In this document: positions 47,900-59,720 of the stretch, in pieces
Layout: every line of letters begins with the position of its first letter
How positions within the stretch are numbered: position 1 is the first letter of the stretch
NCBI GenBank assembly: GCA_964036045.1
Contig: OZ038379.1
Coordinates: 3,100,001-3,164,000 of the forward strand
Length of the DNA: 64,000 bases
Direction: 5' to 3'
From: Eutreptiella sp. 'Long Island Sound 2002'
Lineage: Eukaryota; Protista; Euglenida
The notes under the pieces: model-generated
Databases searched by the model: none
The model's input: the letters and a program-made list of their open reading frames with translations, nothing else
Told to the model about the DNA's origin: nothing
Translations under genes and position numbers: made by a program

Positions 47900-48290
47900 G
47901 CTCTAGCCAAAGTGGCTCAGTAGCCTACTTCACAAAATCTAGCAATATGTATGATCCATTCAAATGACCTCTCTGCATAGGTCTCCCAGCGAAGGAAGAC
48001 CCCTGTTCTCCGAACAGATGAAACTGTGTACATAGCCTCTCGCCAAAGTGGTTGGGTACCCTACTTTACAACATTCGGATAGTACCTGTGGTCCTTTGCG
48101 ATGAACTTTGTGCAAAGGTCTCCAAGCCAAGGAAGACCCCTGTTCTATGAAGAGATGAAATCGCGCACGTGGGCTTTGGCCAAAGTGGTTGAGTACCCTA
48201 CTTTACAACGTTGAGATAATACGTGTGATCCTTTGTGATGAACTCTCTACATAGGTCCTCCGGCTTCAAAAAAGATCCCTGCTCTTGGCA
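47900..48290. repeat. Degenerate ~138-bp tandem repeat x3
   Basis: CCAAAGTGG and AGGTCTCC/AGGTCCTCC anchors recur at ~135-138 bp. Confidence 0.75.
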
Positions 48291-49974
48291 TCATTGTCAT
48301 CCCAAGATGATGTACACCACTTGATGACGTCAGAAAATGCCTCTGTGCAAATGATGCACAATACGCCTCCTTCATGGTGCACGGTGGCGTTCTGATATGA
48401 CCACCTGCATCCCCAAACAAAATTGCGGCCATACATTGCTACGCTTTGTCTGCAACGAGAAAGTGGGGGAGGGGGGGGGGGGGGGGGGCAAAAAAGATTG
48501 GTCCATAGAATGCTGTGCACTGGATGGAGTTAGCGAAACAATTCAAAAAGTCTACTCAAGTCAACCACTTTTCAAAACCACGAACGAAAATGCATGTTAA
48601 CCGATCACCGTTCACAGTGACCTCAGTGACCTCAATGTCGTGCACGGCAACAACGTGTCCTTTATGTACAAAGTCTTTGCACCAAATGGTGCACATAAAC
48701 AGCCCAAGGTCTTAGGGTTGCCAAACCTTATCCACGGCACCCATGAAAGAATCACTGCTGCCCTTGTGTCTACGCCCCTCGCCTTCCCGCAGCCCTTCAT
48801 CTTGGAAAACAAAGATAGACAACGCCTCTTTTCTGCCAACTCCTTTTTTGAGCCCCATGTATTCGATGCTTTCTTCGACCCGTTAAACAAATACACACCC
48901 TCTTCCTGCTACCCCCCCCCCCTTCGCTGCGCTTTCCCCCTCCAAAACGTTGACCTCGGCCTCGTTCGCCCCCCCCCCACCCCAAAGCCCCGGTGTCCCT
49001 CTCCTGGACCCCCCGCCCTCAGCTCTGCCCCCCCCCCCCCCCACAAGAGATGACTGCCCCGGTGCCTCCTTAGTCGGTGCCTCCTTAGTCGTGTGTAGTA
49101 TAGGATATCCCTCCCTCCTGCAATTGCGCCGCCACAGCACAACCCACGGCCCTTGCCTGTGGTACTGCCCGCCCCCGGTAATTTCTGGCGTCTCCGAACG
49201 CCAGACAGTTAGTGCGCATCTGTCCTCCCTCCCTAGGGGACCTTTATACAGTATCTCTTCATACAGTTTTGCACCTCAACTGGCACAGCGTTTCTTTTTT
49301 CTTTTTTTTCCCTTTTCTTTTCAAAACCTGTGTTTTCCTCACGCCCCTCCAGCGGGCCCTCAAGGGCTGGGGTGACAGTACTTTTGTCTACTATCCCTAT
49401 TCAATAGTGCTGTACATACTTCAGGTTCAGCCTTGGGTGTTTTAGCAGAGGTGCACTGTGTATGCGCTGGGCTTATAGTATTCCTCCCACAGGGGGTAGT
49501 CGGTCGCTTACGGCGCGAGCGGGCCGCGCCAGCCGCGATCAGCCAGGGTGACCCACACCAGCCCGCAGGTAGCCATACTCAACCCCCCACACTGTCCATA
49601 GTGTCATCGCATGCGGACTACACGAGACTCTGAAGATGTTGAAATGGTTAAAAAAATAAACAAATACACCTGAAAGTGGAACACATCCCTATGTAGGCAC
49701 CGCAAAGATTTTGGGCTTTGAAATTGACCTTCAAGAAAAAACAAGGAAAACCGGCCCAACCCATCCCAGACGCATGCAAGCCCCTTGTCAGACATTTTAT
49801 GGTTTTATGAGCTATATGTCAAACGGGGCAGGGTGGGGTGGGAAATAGGAAACTAAAGTACACTATGGTTGAGTAGCCTACAGTAAAAGCCCGTAGACCA
49901 ACCCCTTGTATCATATTCGGCACACATGGCCACACAAAGCAATGCAACACAAAAACGGTACTACGAATGACCCC

Positions 49975-50290
49975 GTTTCCCGAATCCGTATCCCTAACTC
50001 AAAAGGCCACACTGAAGCGTGGGAGTCCATCGACCCAACTAAAGAGGCCACACCAAAGCATGGGAGTCCATCACCCCAACTCAAAAGGCCCCGCCAAAGC
50101 GCGGGAGTCCGTATCCCCAACTCAAAGGGCCACGCCAAAGCGTGTAAATCCAAATCCCCATTTCAAAGGGCCACACTGAAGTGTGGGAGTCCATCACCCC
50201 AACTCAAGAGGCCACACCAAAGCGTGGGAGTCCATATTCCCAACTCAAGGGCCACGCCAAAGCGTGGGAGTCCGTATTCCCAACTCAAAG
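49975..50290. repeat. ~41-bp minisatellite x~8 (CCCCAACTCAAAAGGCCACACCAAAGCGTGGGAGTCCATCA)
   Basis: GGGAGTCC anchor at ~41-bp spacing. Confidence 0.88.
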
Positions 50291-50568
50291 GCACAGGAGC
50301 TTGATATCTGACCTTCTGAGTAAATTTGCAAAACGGAAAGTGACGGTTCCCTCGCCCCCCCCGGCTTACTATGCAGGGGCAATTACTATGCAGGGGGTGG
50401 GGTGGGTGCAACGGAGGAGCCATGATGGAAATATCAAGGAGGAACATTGAGGAATGCGGGTCATGGCTGGCCCCGCGGTGTCTGCATGATCAAGGCTTCG
50501 TTCTGGACTGGGAGAGACAGTCCCCCCCCCCCCAATAAAGCATCGCCTGTGATACGATACGAACGATA

Positions 50569-51445
50569 CCCCCCCCCCCTGCAAACTCCCGGGCTAGCGT
50601 GCGACGGTCTCCCGGTGGGGGGGGGGGTCGCCAAGTGACGGTCTCCCAAGGGGGGGGGGGATTGCAAGGGTATTTCAAGGCAAACTGTGGTACCCTACAC
50701 TGATGCAAGCAAAGAGAACACATGTGAAGCAACTTTTGCGCTGATGCGGTGCCAATGTGTTTCATCCAACACAAATGTCACTGAGGATCCAAAGGAACGG
50801 TAAAGAACTTCTGGGTACGAGAATAACACACTTTGAACTGTTGCACACGCTCAGTTTGCCAAGGGGGTAGGAACACACTGCACCAAATCAGGACAATTCA
50901 TGTAACTCAGACTGGGTGTGCATGACAGGCACGGGGTGTGTTGCACTGGCTGATGAGGAGGAGGCAATGGCGCACGGGGCTGGTTTGGCAGCCGGTTTAG
51001 CGCCCGCTTGCACAGCCAGACCAGTCCGTTTGGCGGCTGGCTTTGCTCTTGGCTGGAGGGCAGCCTTTGCTCTTGCCTTGGGGGCAGCCACCGAATGTAC
51101 CGAATGTGGCAAAACTGTGTCCCATTTGGTGAAGGGCCCACAACAGTGGCCAACACATGTGTACCAAGTGTGCGTGAGTGGCGCCGTACATGGTCACCGG
51201 GAGAAAACATCTTGGTTCTGAAGTAGCAACACAACACACCCATACAACACATTTGGAGAGAGAATATCACAGAACACACACAGGTGCTTGATTTGAAGTC
51301 ATGGGAAAGCAATGCAAGGCCATGCGTAAAGCAGATGGGCAACACAAACCAGCACAATACATGTTTAACTAGAAAAACATGGAAGTGACGGTCTCCCGGG
51401 GGGGGGGGGGGGTTGCAAGGGGTGAGAGTTTGCAAGGGGGGGGGG
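50569..51445. mobile_element. Non-autonomous TIR element with poly-C/G tips, TA TSD, 877 bp
   Basis: TA|C11-TGCAAACTC ... GAGTTTGCAA-G10|TA; GACGGTCTCCC subterminal motif x3 in direct orientation. Confidence 0.85.
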
Positions 51446-52165
51446 TAAGGCATATGCATCCAATGGGACAGAACACAGTGGACACTCTATGCAACTACAA
51501 GTAGCACGAGGCGGAGCGGCAAGGCGTGCCCCGGGACCCCCTGAACTGAAGAGCCACCACTGACACACTGGTGTATCTGGTCCAGAGAGAAGGGAACTGC
51601 GGGCAGGGCAGACCACACAGGGCTAAGGACAGGCATAGGGTTAGGGGCAGGGCCCAAATCTACCTTCCCAAGGGTAAGACATCCCGGCCAAGCATCACTG
51701 TTACAGCGCCTCTAGCATGGAACCACATGTCACAGCCCAGCGTGAAAGAGTGCACTGCTTGGATCAGATATCTGGAAGAGGACAACATCCGGCCACACTA
51801 TGCTGGGCAAATGCCGAACAAGAAGGCACCAATCCAGTGTCCAGCATGACCCAAGTCTCATTGCCACACAACACCAACCACATGCGTATCAGTGAATTTA
51901 TGTTCCACCGAATGGTCCCTGTGAAGCAGGCATGTTTGGAATTGATGATGCAATACATCGGACAGCTTGCTGCACCTCCGGACAGAGAGAATTTGGCTGT
52001 GCGTATTGTTGATGTTGGGGAGGAGTCCTGATGTCGGTGGTGGTCCACAGAGGGGTGTGGACTGCTGTGGAATGCTGCAAAAGTGCTGCATGGTGGTTGG
52101 GCATTGGAGGGGGTTGGCGGGGGGTGAGAGCATTGCGGAGGGCTGTGAAAACATGCGGACCACGC

Positions 52166-55100
52166 TTTTTTATACATCAGGCCTGTGCTGAGTAGCAATA
52201 CGGCGCTTGGGCTGACTGCCCGGTCTCTGCACCAGTGCTGCAGGGCACCGTGGAGTCACACGATGAATCGTGTGCCCAGTGGAGTCACATGATGAATCGT
52301 GTGTCGCGCGGGGAAAACCTGGACCTGTGCCTGCAGGTCTGGTGCTGGTGCATGGTAGTGCAGTGGGTACTGCCCCGCCGAAGCAACCCAAGATCAATCA
52401 CCCTGCGTTTAGGAACTGCAGGCTAGTATATAGTCGATAGTGAATAGTGCCCCCATTACAACAAGAAGGCGTTATCACCCTGTGCTTAGGAATTGCTGGC
52501 TATGAGAAGGTTTCGAATAGTGCCCCCAATCTGTTGCGCATATAGTCGAGAAGACGAGATGTCACAGTTTTAGTGAAAAAGCTACGTCATAACTAGTGTA
52601 AAAAAATTCGCAAAGTCAGGCAGGGTGGCTGACCAACATGTCTCCTACAGAGGTGTGGCGCGCTTGCGCGTGTGCGGCGTGTTTCGCTTACGTGCACAAT
52701 CGGAGGGTGGTGCTGCAGGCAGCCTGTGAAAGCGTGTGGACTATTGCAAGGGGTTGTTTAGGGTTGTACGGGGCTTGAGCTGATTGTCAGCGCCGCAGGT
52801 GGTTCTGATCTTCAGACCACTTCGTGCGCATCCACCCATTCCTTTGGGCTCCTTAAATTTTTTTGGGGGGGTTTCTGGGTGTTTGGGGATTCTTACTTCT
52901 TCGGCTCCTTTTGCAGGATCGTGCTAGGCGCCGCGCCATCTGGCCCCAAGGCCTGGATTGGCGCCGTCTGCATGACGGCCTGCCAGCCTGAACTTGTACA
53001 CCCTGACCTGGGAGACACCTCAAACTCGAATCCGGCAGAGCTCGAGGCCCGGAAAAGTCATGGGGCACGGTGGGTGCTGTCCGGTATGAGGGAATCCCGA
53101 ATCATTATTAGAAAAGAAAAGCCATGCAGCTGAATAGTGGCCGCATCGGAAAGGAATACCCTGTACATCCCATGCATCCCAATGACAATGCCCATGGCAC
53201 ACATCACAAATGCGTTATGCAACCGCCCCCTGCCTCCTTGCACAGCAGAACATCTCCGCATATTATTATGGAACCCTTCTGGGGCACGTGTGTGCCCATC
53301 GAAGGCGTGGGCCCGCAGAGAGTATGACATTTTGCCCCCCCCCCCCCCCTCCCCGTGACGCAAACACGCTGAAAGCCAGGAAAATGACGGTCCGACGGGC
53401 TCCCGTGCCTCGACAAGCCCGTGCTGGCGCGCAGCGCGCGGTACCAAAAGAATGTGTGTCGCCAAAATCCTGCCCATACCTCACCCTAAGCACAAGTGTC
53501 GCAACAGGGCACCAGAACACAATGTGTAGGTAAGTTTCAGCGTGTGGTAAATGCAATACGGCACGCCAGCATCCGTGGTGGCAAGCTCCCAGCCGAAAGG
53601 CAAAGCGGCAGCCGGGGCTGGGTTAGCACGTACCGGGCGCGATGCGCGGCGTGTTGCTGACAGCCCTCGTGTTGGCGAGGCGTCTGAAGGTTCTGGAGAA
53701 GGGCTGCGGATTGGGAAAAAAACACGGTCGAAAGCAGCATGATGCTCAAGCTTATGCCCATTCCGCACTTCACACCCCACAAGTAGAAAGACCAATAATT
53801 GTGGTGGGCACGTGTTCACCGGTGGACCGGATATACGTAGCAGCCATGCCAGCGATAGCAACATCAGCCATGGCTGAAAATCACATCAAAACAGACAGCA
53901 TTGGGGGGCAGTTGCAAGCAGAATGTGGGTATGAGCAGGAGGGCCTACCAAAAGCATGGTCCAGCCCCCCCTTTCTCTCTGCAATCGCAGCACAACTGTG
54001 CCACGTTGCATTTCTGACCGCAAAATCCGCGATCAGACAAAACCAGGAAAACCGCGGGCTGACGGGCTCCTTGCTTGGACAAGGCAGTGTTGGCACAAGG
54101 GGTGGTGGGGGGTATGGGGAATATTGAGCTTTACAGGAACTGCAGCAGACAGTACACCAACCGCTGTGGGTTGGGCGCACAAAGGCCCTCTTCTGTGTCA
54201 GTGCAACAGGGTGTCGTGGGATGTTGGTCTTTTTTTTATACATCAGGCCTGAGTAGCAGCACAGCGCTTGGGCTGACTACCCGGTCTCTGCACCAGTGCT
54301 GCAGGGCACAGTGGAGTCACACAATGAATTGTGTGTCCCGTGCGGAGAACCTGGACCTGTGCCTGCAGGTTACCCTGGTGCATGGTAGTGCAGTGGGTAC
54401 TGCCCCACCGAAGCAACCCAAGATCAATCTGTTGCACATATAGTCGAGAAAACGAGATGTCACAGTTGTGGTGAAAAAGCTACCCCCCCCCCCCTTGTAT
54501 AAGCTACGCCAAAGTCCCAAATTAATACGGTCCCTACGCCTACTGTAGCTTGGACACGGGCGTAGCTTGCGCGCGACACATACAACTACCGACACACACG
54601 TAAGTGAGCGCATAGTATGAGTGCACCTGAACCTCCACCCATGTTCCCAAAGGCATGCAAACACAAGAAAGTGTTTGAAACATGGAATTTCAGGCTCACA
54701 CCCATGTTCTCACGAGCAATGAAGCATGAGAAGCCTACAAATATTCGGATTAGAAACCCTTCTTGCGATCATACACCATGCGGAACAACTGCACATGCTC
54801 ACCACTTGAAGATGCCTTTGGAGATGCCTTTGCTTGAGGTTTAGGGGCTGGTTTGGGCTGAGGCAACTTCAAGTTCTTGGGAATGAAATTGCCTTGCATG
54901 TGGTCTCTTGTAAAATACAACTTCCCATCAAAGACATGGGCTATTCCCCACACACCTTGGGCAGCCTTAGCCCGAACAAATTCAGTGGGGGCATCGTCGG
55001 AGTAACTAGAATCATCACTTGAAGAAGAGGACTCAGAAATGGGGTGGGTTCAAGTGGGCAAATACTCACAACAAATGTGTCCATGACTCTATGTGACTGG

Positions 55101-55348
55101 CAAATTCGTCAAACCCATGTCTTATGTGGCTGCACTACGTTTGGTACCGAAATAATATTAGGTACCAAATTAATACGGTCCCTACGCCTACTGTAGCTTG
55201 GACAAGGGCGTAGCTTATACAAGGGGGGGGGGGGGTAGTGCAAAAAAAATTTGCAAAGTCAGGAAGTGTGGCTGACCGGCATGTCTCCTACAGAGGTGTG
55301 GGGCGCCTGCGCGTGTGCGGCGTGTTTCGCTTGCGTGCACAGTCGGAG
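52166..55348. repeat. Pair of diverged direct repeats, 52166-52706 and 54233-55348; the second is interrupted by a TIR element
   Basis: TTTATACATCAGGCCTG...CAAGATCAATC...GTCACAG...GCAAAGTCAGG...GTGCACA shared in the same order. Confidence 0.9.
54483..55235. mobile_element. Non-autonomous TIR element with poly-C/G tips, TA TSD, 753 bp
   Basis: TA|C12-TTGTATAAGCTACGCC ... GGCGTAGCTTATACAA-G13|TA; ATTAATACGGTCCCTACGCCTACTGTAGC present at both ends in direct orientation; absent from the paralogous site at 52583. Confidence 0.93.
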
Positions 55349-58300
55349 TATACGACGGCGTGTTGTGGGATATTGCTTGTGTGCAACACCAGGGCTGTCA
55401 ACTTGACACTCTTGGTCAGCCCTGCAGCACAGCCTGAAGCCGACGGCAGTTGGAAGATGACTGACGGCGGTCGGAGGGTATTCGATGGTGGTTGAAGGGT
55501 GCGGATGTGGAGACAGGGGGAACAGGGGTAGTTTGGTCAGGCTGCGAAACGCGCAGAAACAGGACTGGGCTGAGAATGCGGTCCAAACGACAACAGGGGT
55601 GTGCAGAAAGGAGTCTTTGGGTTGGTCAGGAATCGGTCATGCACAAAAACCCTCAAAGGCACAGAGCCAGCGGGTCACATCGAACATCTTGGGATACATT
55701 GCAACGTGTGGTTTACTTGAGGGTACGAAAGTTACACGGTGTGCCCCGGGCATGGGACATCCTCTCCCCCCCCCAAAAGGCTTCTCTGCCGTGCCCCAGA
55801 CTGCCCTCTTGGGGGAGATGGGCGGGAAAGATTGTGGACAAAGGCCCTCGTGGAACAAGGGGGTGTTTTGGTGGACCAGGGGGCTGGGCCTGCACTGCGT
55901 GCGCACCAGGCCATTGTGGAGTGACCCCGAGGGGGGGGGGGCGTCCCCCCAACACGGTGGTGTTGTGGGCTCAGTAGGTTTATACCTGGCACTAGGACAC
56001 TATCCTGGTACCCGAGGGGCCCCGAGGGGTGGTAGGCAGGGCAGGCTAGCGGGGGGCAGGGGAGGAGAGGAAGAAAAGGCGAATCGACGCTAGCGTGTGG
56101 CCACCTATCCTCAAGCAATGGAGGCGCACACACAAAAGGGTGTGGATTCTAGCTTCATAAACCCTGCCGTATTGGGGCCCAACATCGATTCACCAATTCT
56201 CACTGAAGTCTGAGGCCTTGTTTTTGCTCCCCCCTTTTTTGGAATTTCCAATTTACAATTTAGCCATGGCTACAAAAAGATTGTGAATGTGGGATGGCCC
56301 AAGGATCCTCCAAATGCAATGCAAGAGTGCAAGAGGAGCCAGAGGCATCACCATTTCTTGGAAGCCAGGAGGAACAAGGGCAAGGAGAAGGCTGCAAGGT
56401 TGGCGGTAGACCAAGCTCTGTGAACCCCCTTGCCCTGGTACATGGGTGGGTGGTGGGTCTGACGGTGGGTGGCTGGTTGAGCCAAAATCCCCCCGTGCGG
56501 AGTCCCATCTGGCTTGCGGGGTCAACGGGGCATTCCTGCCCCTGCCCATGTTCGAACTGGGCCGAAACGTGGCTGAACAGACCCGGGACCGGGCCAGGGG
56601 CGTTCATTTCAGTTTCCTACAGACCAAAAGGCGTGCAGATCTTTTGTTGCGCTGTGCTTGAGTGCCCTTGGTCCCTTGAGGCCTGCGTTGTCAATACATT
56701 CCTGAACGGGGGCGAACGGAATTCATTCATTCCAGTGCGGTGCCCCCACCGTCTTTCTTAGCAGAGGGTCGAACAAGATGGGCTTGGTGAAGGAAAGGGT
56801 GGTTGATGGTGAAGCACAAGCAAGCGGCTTTTAACCGCCAGGGTTTGGCGGTCAGCTGACGTTTTTTGGTGGCCTACTGCAAAAGCAAGGGACAACGTGC
56901 TTCCGTTGTTCGTTTTCAGTTGGGGCAAGCCGGGAGCAGAGCCCATGCTTTACAGTGTGGAGATGGGGTGCTCTGCAAAGTCCAATTGTGGTGCCGATGG
57001 AGGAGGTGGCGGGTGGCATGGGCGGAGCAGACAATCAGTAAAAAGAGATCTTGTGCCCACAGAGCGCAGCTGTTTTTGTGGTGTGCTCGAGAGAACAGCC
57101 ATCATCATAGCTTGGACAAGGCGTGGCTTGGCCAATGATGTTGAAGAAACCGAGCCTGGAAGTGGAGGCACTCCCAATGACAACGAGGGAATGTCCGAGA
57201 CAAGCCCCGGCTTTGCGGATACTGCAGGGAACGGGGGTGAAAGGGTTTAGGGACCGATGTGGAGTGCAAACAAATGTCCAAATGGTCAAACTTGCAAATT
57301 CAATGGGAGCAGGAGCAGTAGCGGGAGCATCAGGGCCAGCCCCAGGAGCAGGAGCAGGAGCAGTAGCCGGAGCTGCAGTGGTAGCAGGGGTTACAAACAG
57401 TGCTTTGAAGGAAGTCTGGACCTGCAAATCCCTGGCCCGTGTGTATTGTGTAGGTATCCTTGGGACACAATGTGTTCGTATACATGTGTGTTGCCTCGGC
57501 TTTCGCGTTTCGACGAAACCCAACGTACACCTTCTTGTCAGAACTGCAGGCCCTGTTTGATGCTGTATGCCCAGACCAAAGAGGCACCAGGTCACCTGAC
57601 GCCGCGAAGTGGGATATTGGAATCATATTTGTCCGTTCAGTTTGGGGTTAGTGCCGGGCCGTCGGGGGGTCTAGCCCTGGGGATTCAGGTCCGCAGACCA
57701 CCGACGAGGCAGGCTTGAACTCGTATGCCACGCTTCGGGTGCAGCGGGGGCTCCACTGCAAATGAGCGGGCTGCACGAATCACGGAACATGTGCAGTGGA
57801 CCCCGCGCCCTCGGAGGTGGCAAGAGACCCCTTGCGCCCATCCGGGGTTGCCGGGTCGAGCCCATTTGGGGTTGCTGTGCTGCTCTTGGAACTGACACTC
57901 GCATAGATCGCGTGAGGGAGCACGTCCGGTCGCGGCGACGACAGCGTGACGACGTGCAATGGGCTGATGGGGTCCTCCTGCTCGGTTTTGGCCGAGCCCT
58001 CCGGCGTCTGCGTTTTGGAAAAACTGTCCTCCTGCGCAATGTGGGTCGCGTTGGACGGGGACCGTGGGGGTGAGTCCATTGGTTTCCACAGCTTCCAGCG
58101 CTCCGACATGCTGCGGGAGGACATGGGGGCATGGTCCGCCTCTGTGTGGGCCTCCATTCGTGCAGAGGTCCGCACCAACCGCTTTCCCCCGGTGGCGGAT
58201 CTTGAGAGGCTTGCTCTTGTTGCTGGCGGGCGCTCTGGCTGGCGGGGGCTCTGGGTTGGCGACAGCAGCCCTGAGACTCGTGGTCTGAAATGAGGAGGTG

Positions 58301-58433
58301 CTGTGAGGTGAAAAGGCTGCGTGGCAAGAGGCTTTGCAGAGTGGCGTGAAGATAAAGAAGGGGCATTACAGGAACATTTAGATGTGGTGTGGCGGCGCCT
58401 GCAGAAAACTTCTCAAAATGCCCTACATACATA

Positions 58434-58547
58434 TCCCTCCCCCCCCCCCCCCCCTTTGTAATAGCTACGCCAAAGTACGGAATTAATACGGTCCCTACGC
58501 CTACTGTAGCTATTACAAGGGCGTAGCTATTACAAAGGGGGGGGGGG
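58434..58547. mobile_element. 114-bp minimal MITE of the 54483-55235 family
   Basis: TA|TCCCT-Cn-TTTGTAATAGCTACGCC ... GGCGTAGCTATTACAAA-G11|TA with a single ATTAATACGGTCCCTACGCCTACTGTAGC core. Confidence 0.9.
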
Positions 58548-58784
58548 TACATACATCACCACTTCATCATAAGGGCACTAGAACCTGTCACATTAGTCAC
58601 CCCGGACACTTTTGGGTCCCATTGTGTACTCTATGGAAAACCTTTGCTATGGGGGGCACTCAACCGCAATCCATACATACACCGACACTCCCCAACAAGT
58701 TTTTGGCCCTCTTGAGAAGGGGGGGGGGGGGGCTGGGGAGGGGGGGGTTCCAGGTACCCCAACATACACCAAAATGAGCCAAGT

Positions 58785-59720
58785 CGCATGGTGGGGCAGA
58801 AGGCGCCTTCCTGTACCTCCTCGTCACACTGCCCCTGGCTCTTGAGGACCAGGCATACACACCATACCCACTACGCTTCCCCTTGCTCAACTGCAGCGAC
58901 GACAACCTCTTGACCACAGCCACACGACACCAAGACCAGATAGACCCTGGACTACCCACCACCTCCGACCATGCGGACGCCATCGTCGAACTCACCATCA
59001 GTTACCACAACGCCTGCGGACTCCTCGTGCACCCCCGCAAGTCAGTTGACCTAGCCACTGAAGGGGCCAACACCCCACACTTACGCCCGGGGAAGCCCAT
59101 CCAAATGATGGACACCACCGTGCACCTTGGGGTCACACAAGCCATCCACCACCAAGGAGTCGCCCTACCCACAAAACTGGAAGGGCGAATCGCCCGGCTA
59201 CCACAATTCGCCAAACAGGACCTCCTCTGCAAGCAAGGCATGGCATACTTAATGGAGGCGGTTGTCAACGCAGCCATTGGCTTCCAAGCGCTGCACCTCC
59301 CCATACCCATAGGACCCTCCCAATTGCATGGCAACAAGTCACCAAGGCCGGGCACAACATGGGGGATGGCCCACCTCATTCCATGAGGAGGCCATGATGG
59401 CCCACTGGCAGTTATACGGCGACAGCATAGGCGCGCGAGTCGGCACCGCATACACCAAACACACCGCCCACCTCATCCACCGCATGACGCACAACCACCA
59501 ACCAACCGTCAAGGAAGCGGCGGCCACTCGCATCAAGGGGAACCCACAGAAGTGGGCACTGGCATCTAGAACCAACTGCAGCCCCTGCAAAACGGGCCCA
59601 TCGTGGCCACCCATAAAGACATACACTGGCACCCAGCACAGACAGTTGACACCCTGAAGCTCGCCCTGAGGCTCGTGGGGGCCACCATCACCGTTGTGTA
59701 CATCACACCAACACAAATGA
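58785..59720 (+). pseudogene. 5'-truncated non-LTR (LINE) reverse transcriptase relic
   Basis: GGAEGAFLYLLVTLPLA (motif B region), NCSDDNLL (~YADD), GLLVHPRKS (motif D), HLGV (motif E); frameshifts. Confidence 0.8.

Noticed and set aside
57035-58552. Long ORFs with PAPAPA/GAGAG tracts
   Set aside because: GC-rich low-complexity sequence without recognisable domains; possibly decayed LINE ORF1 but not demonstrable
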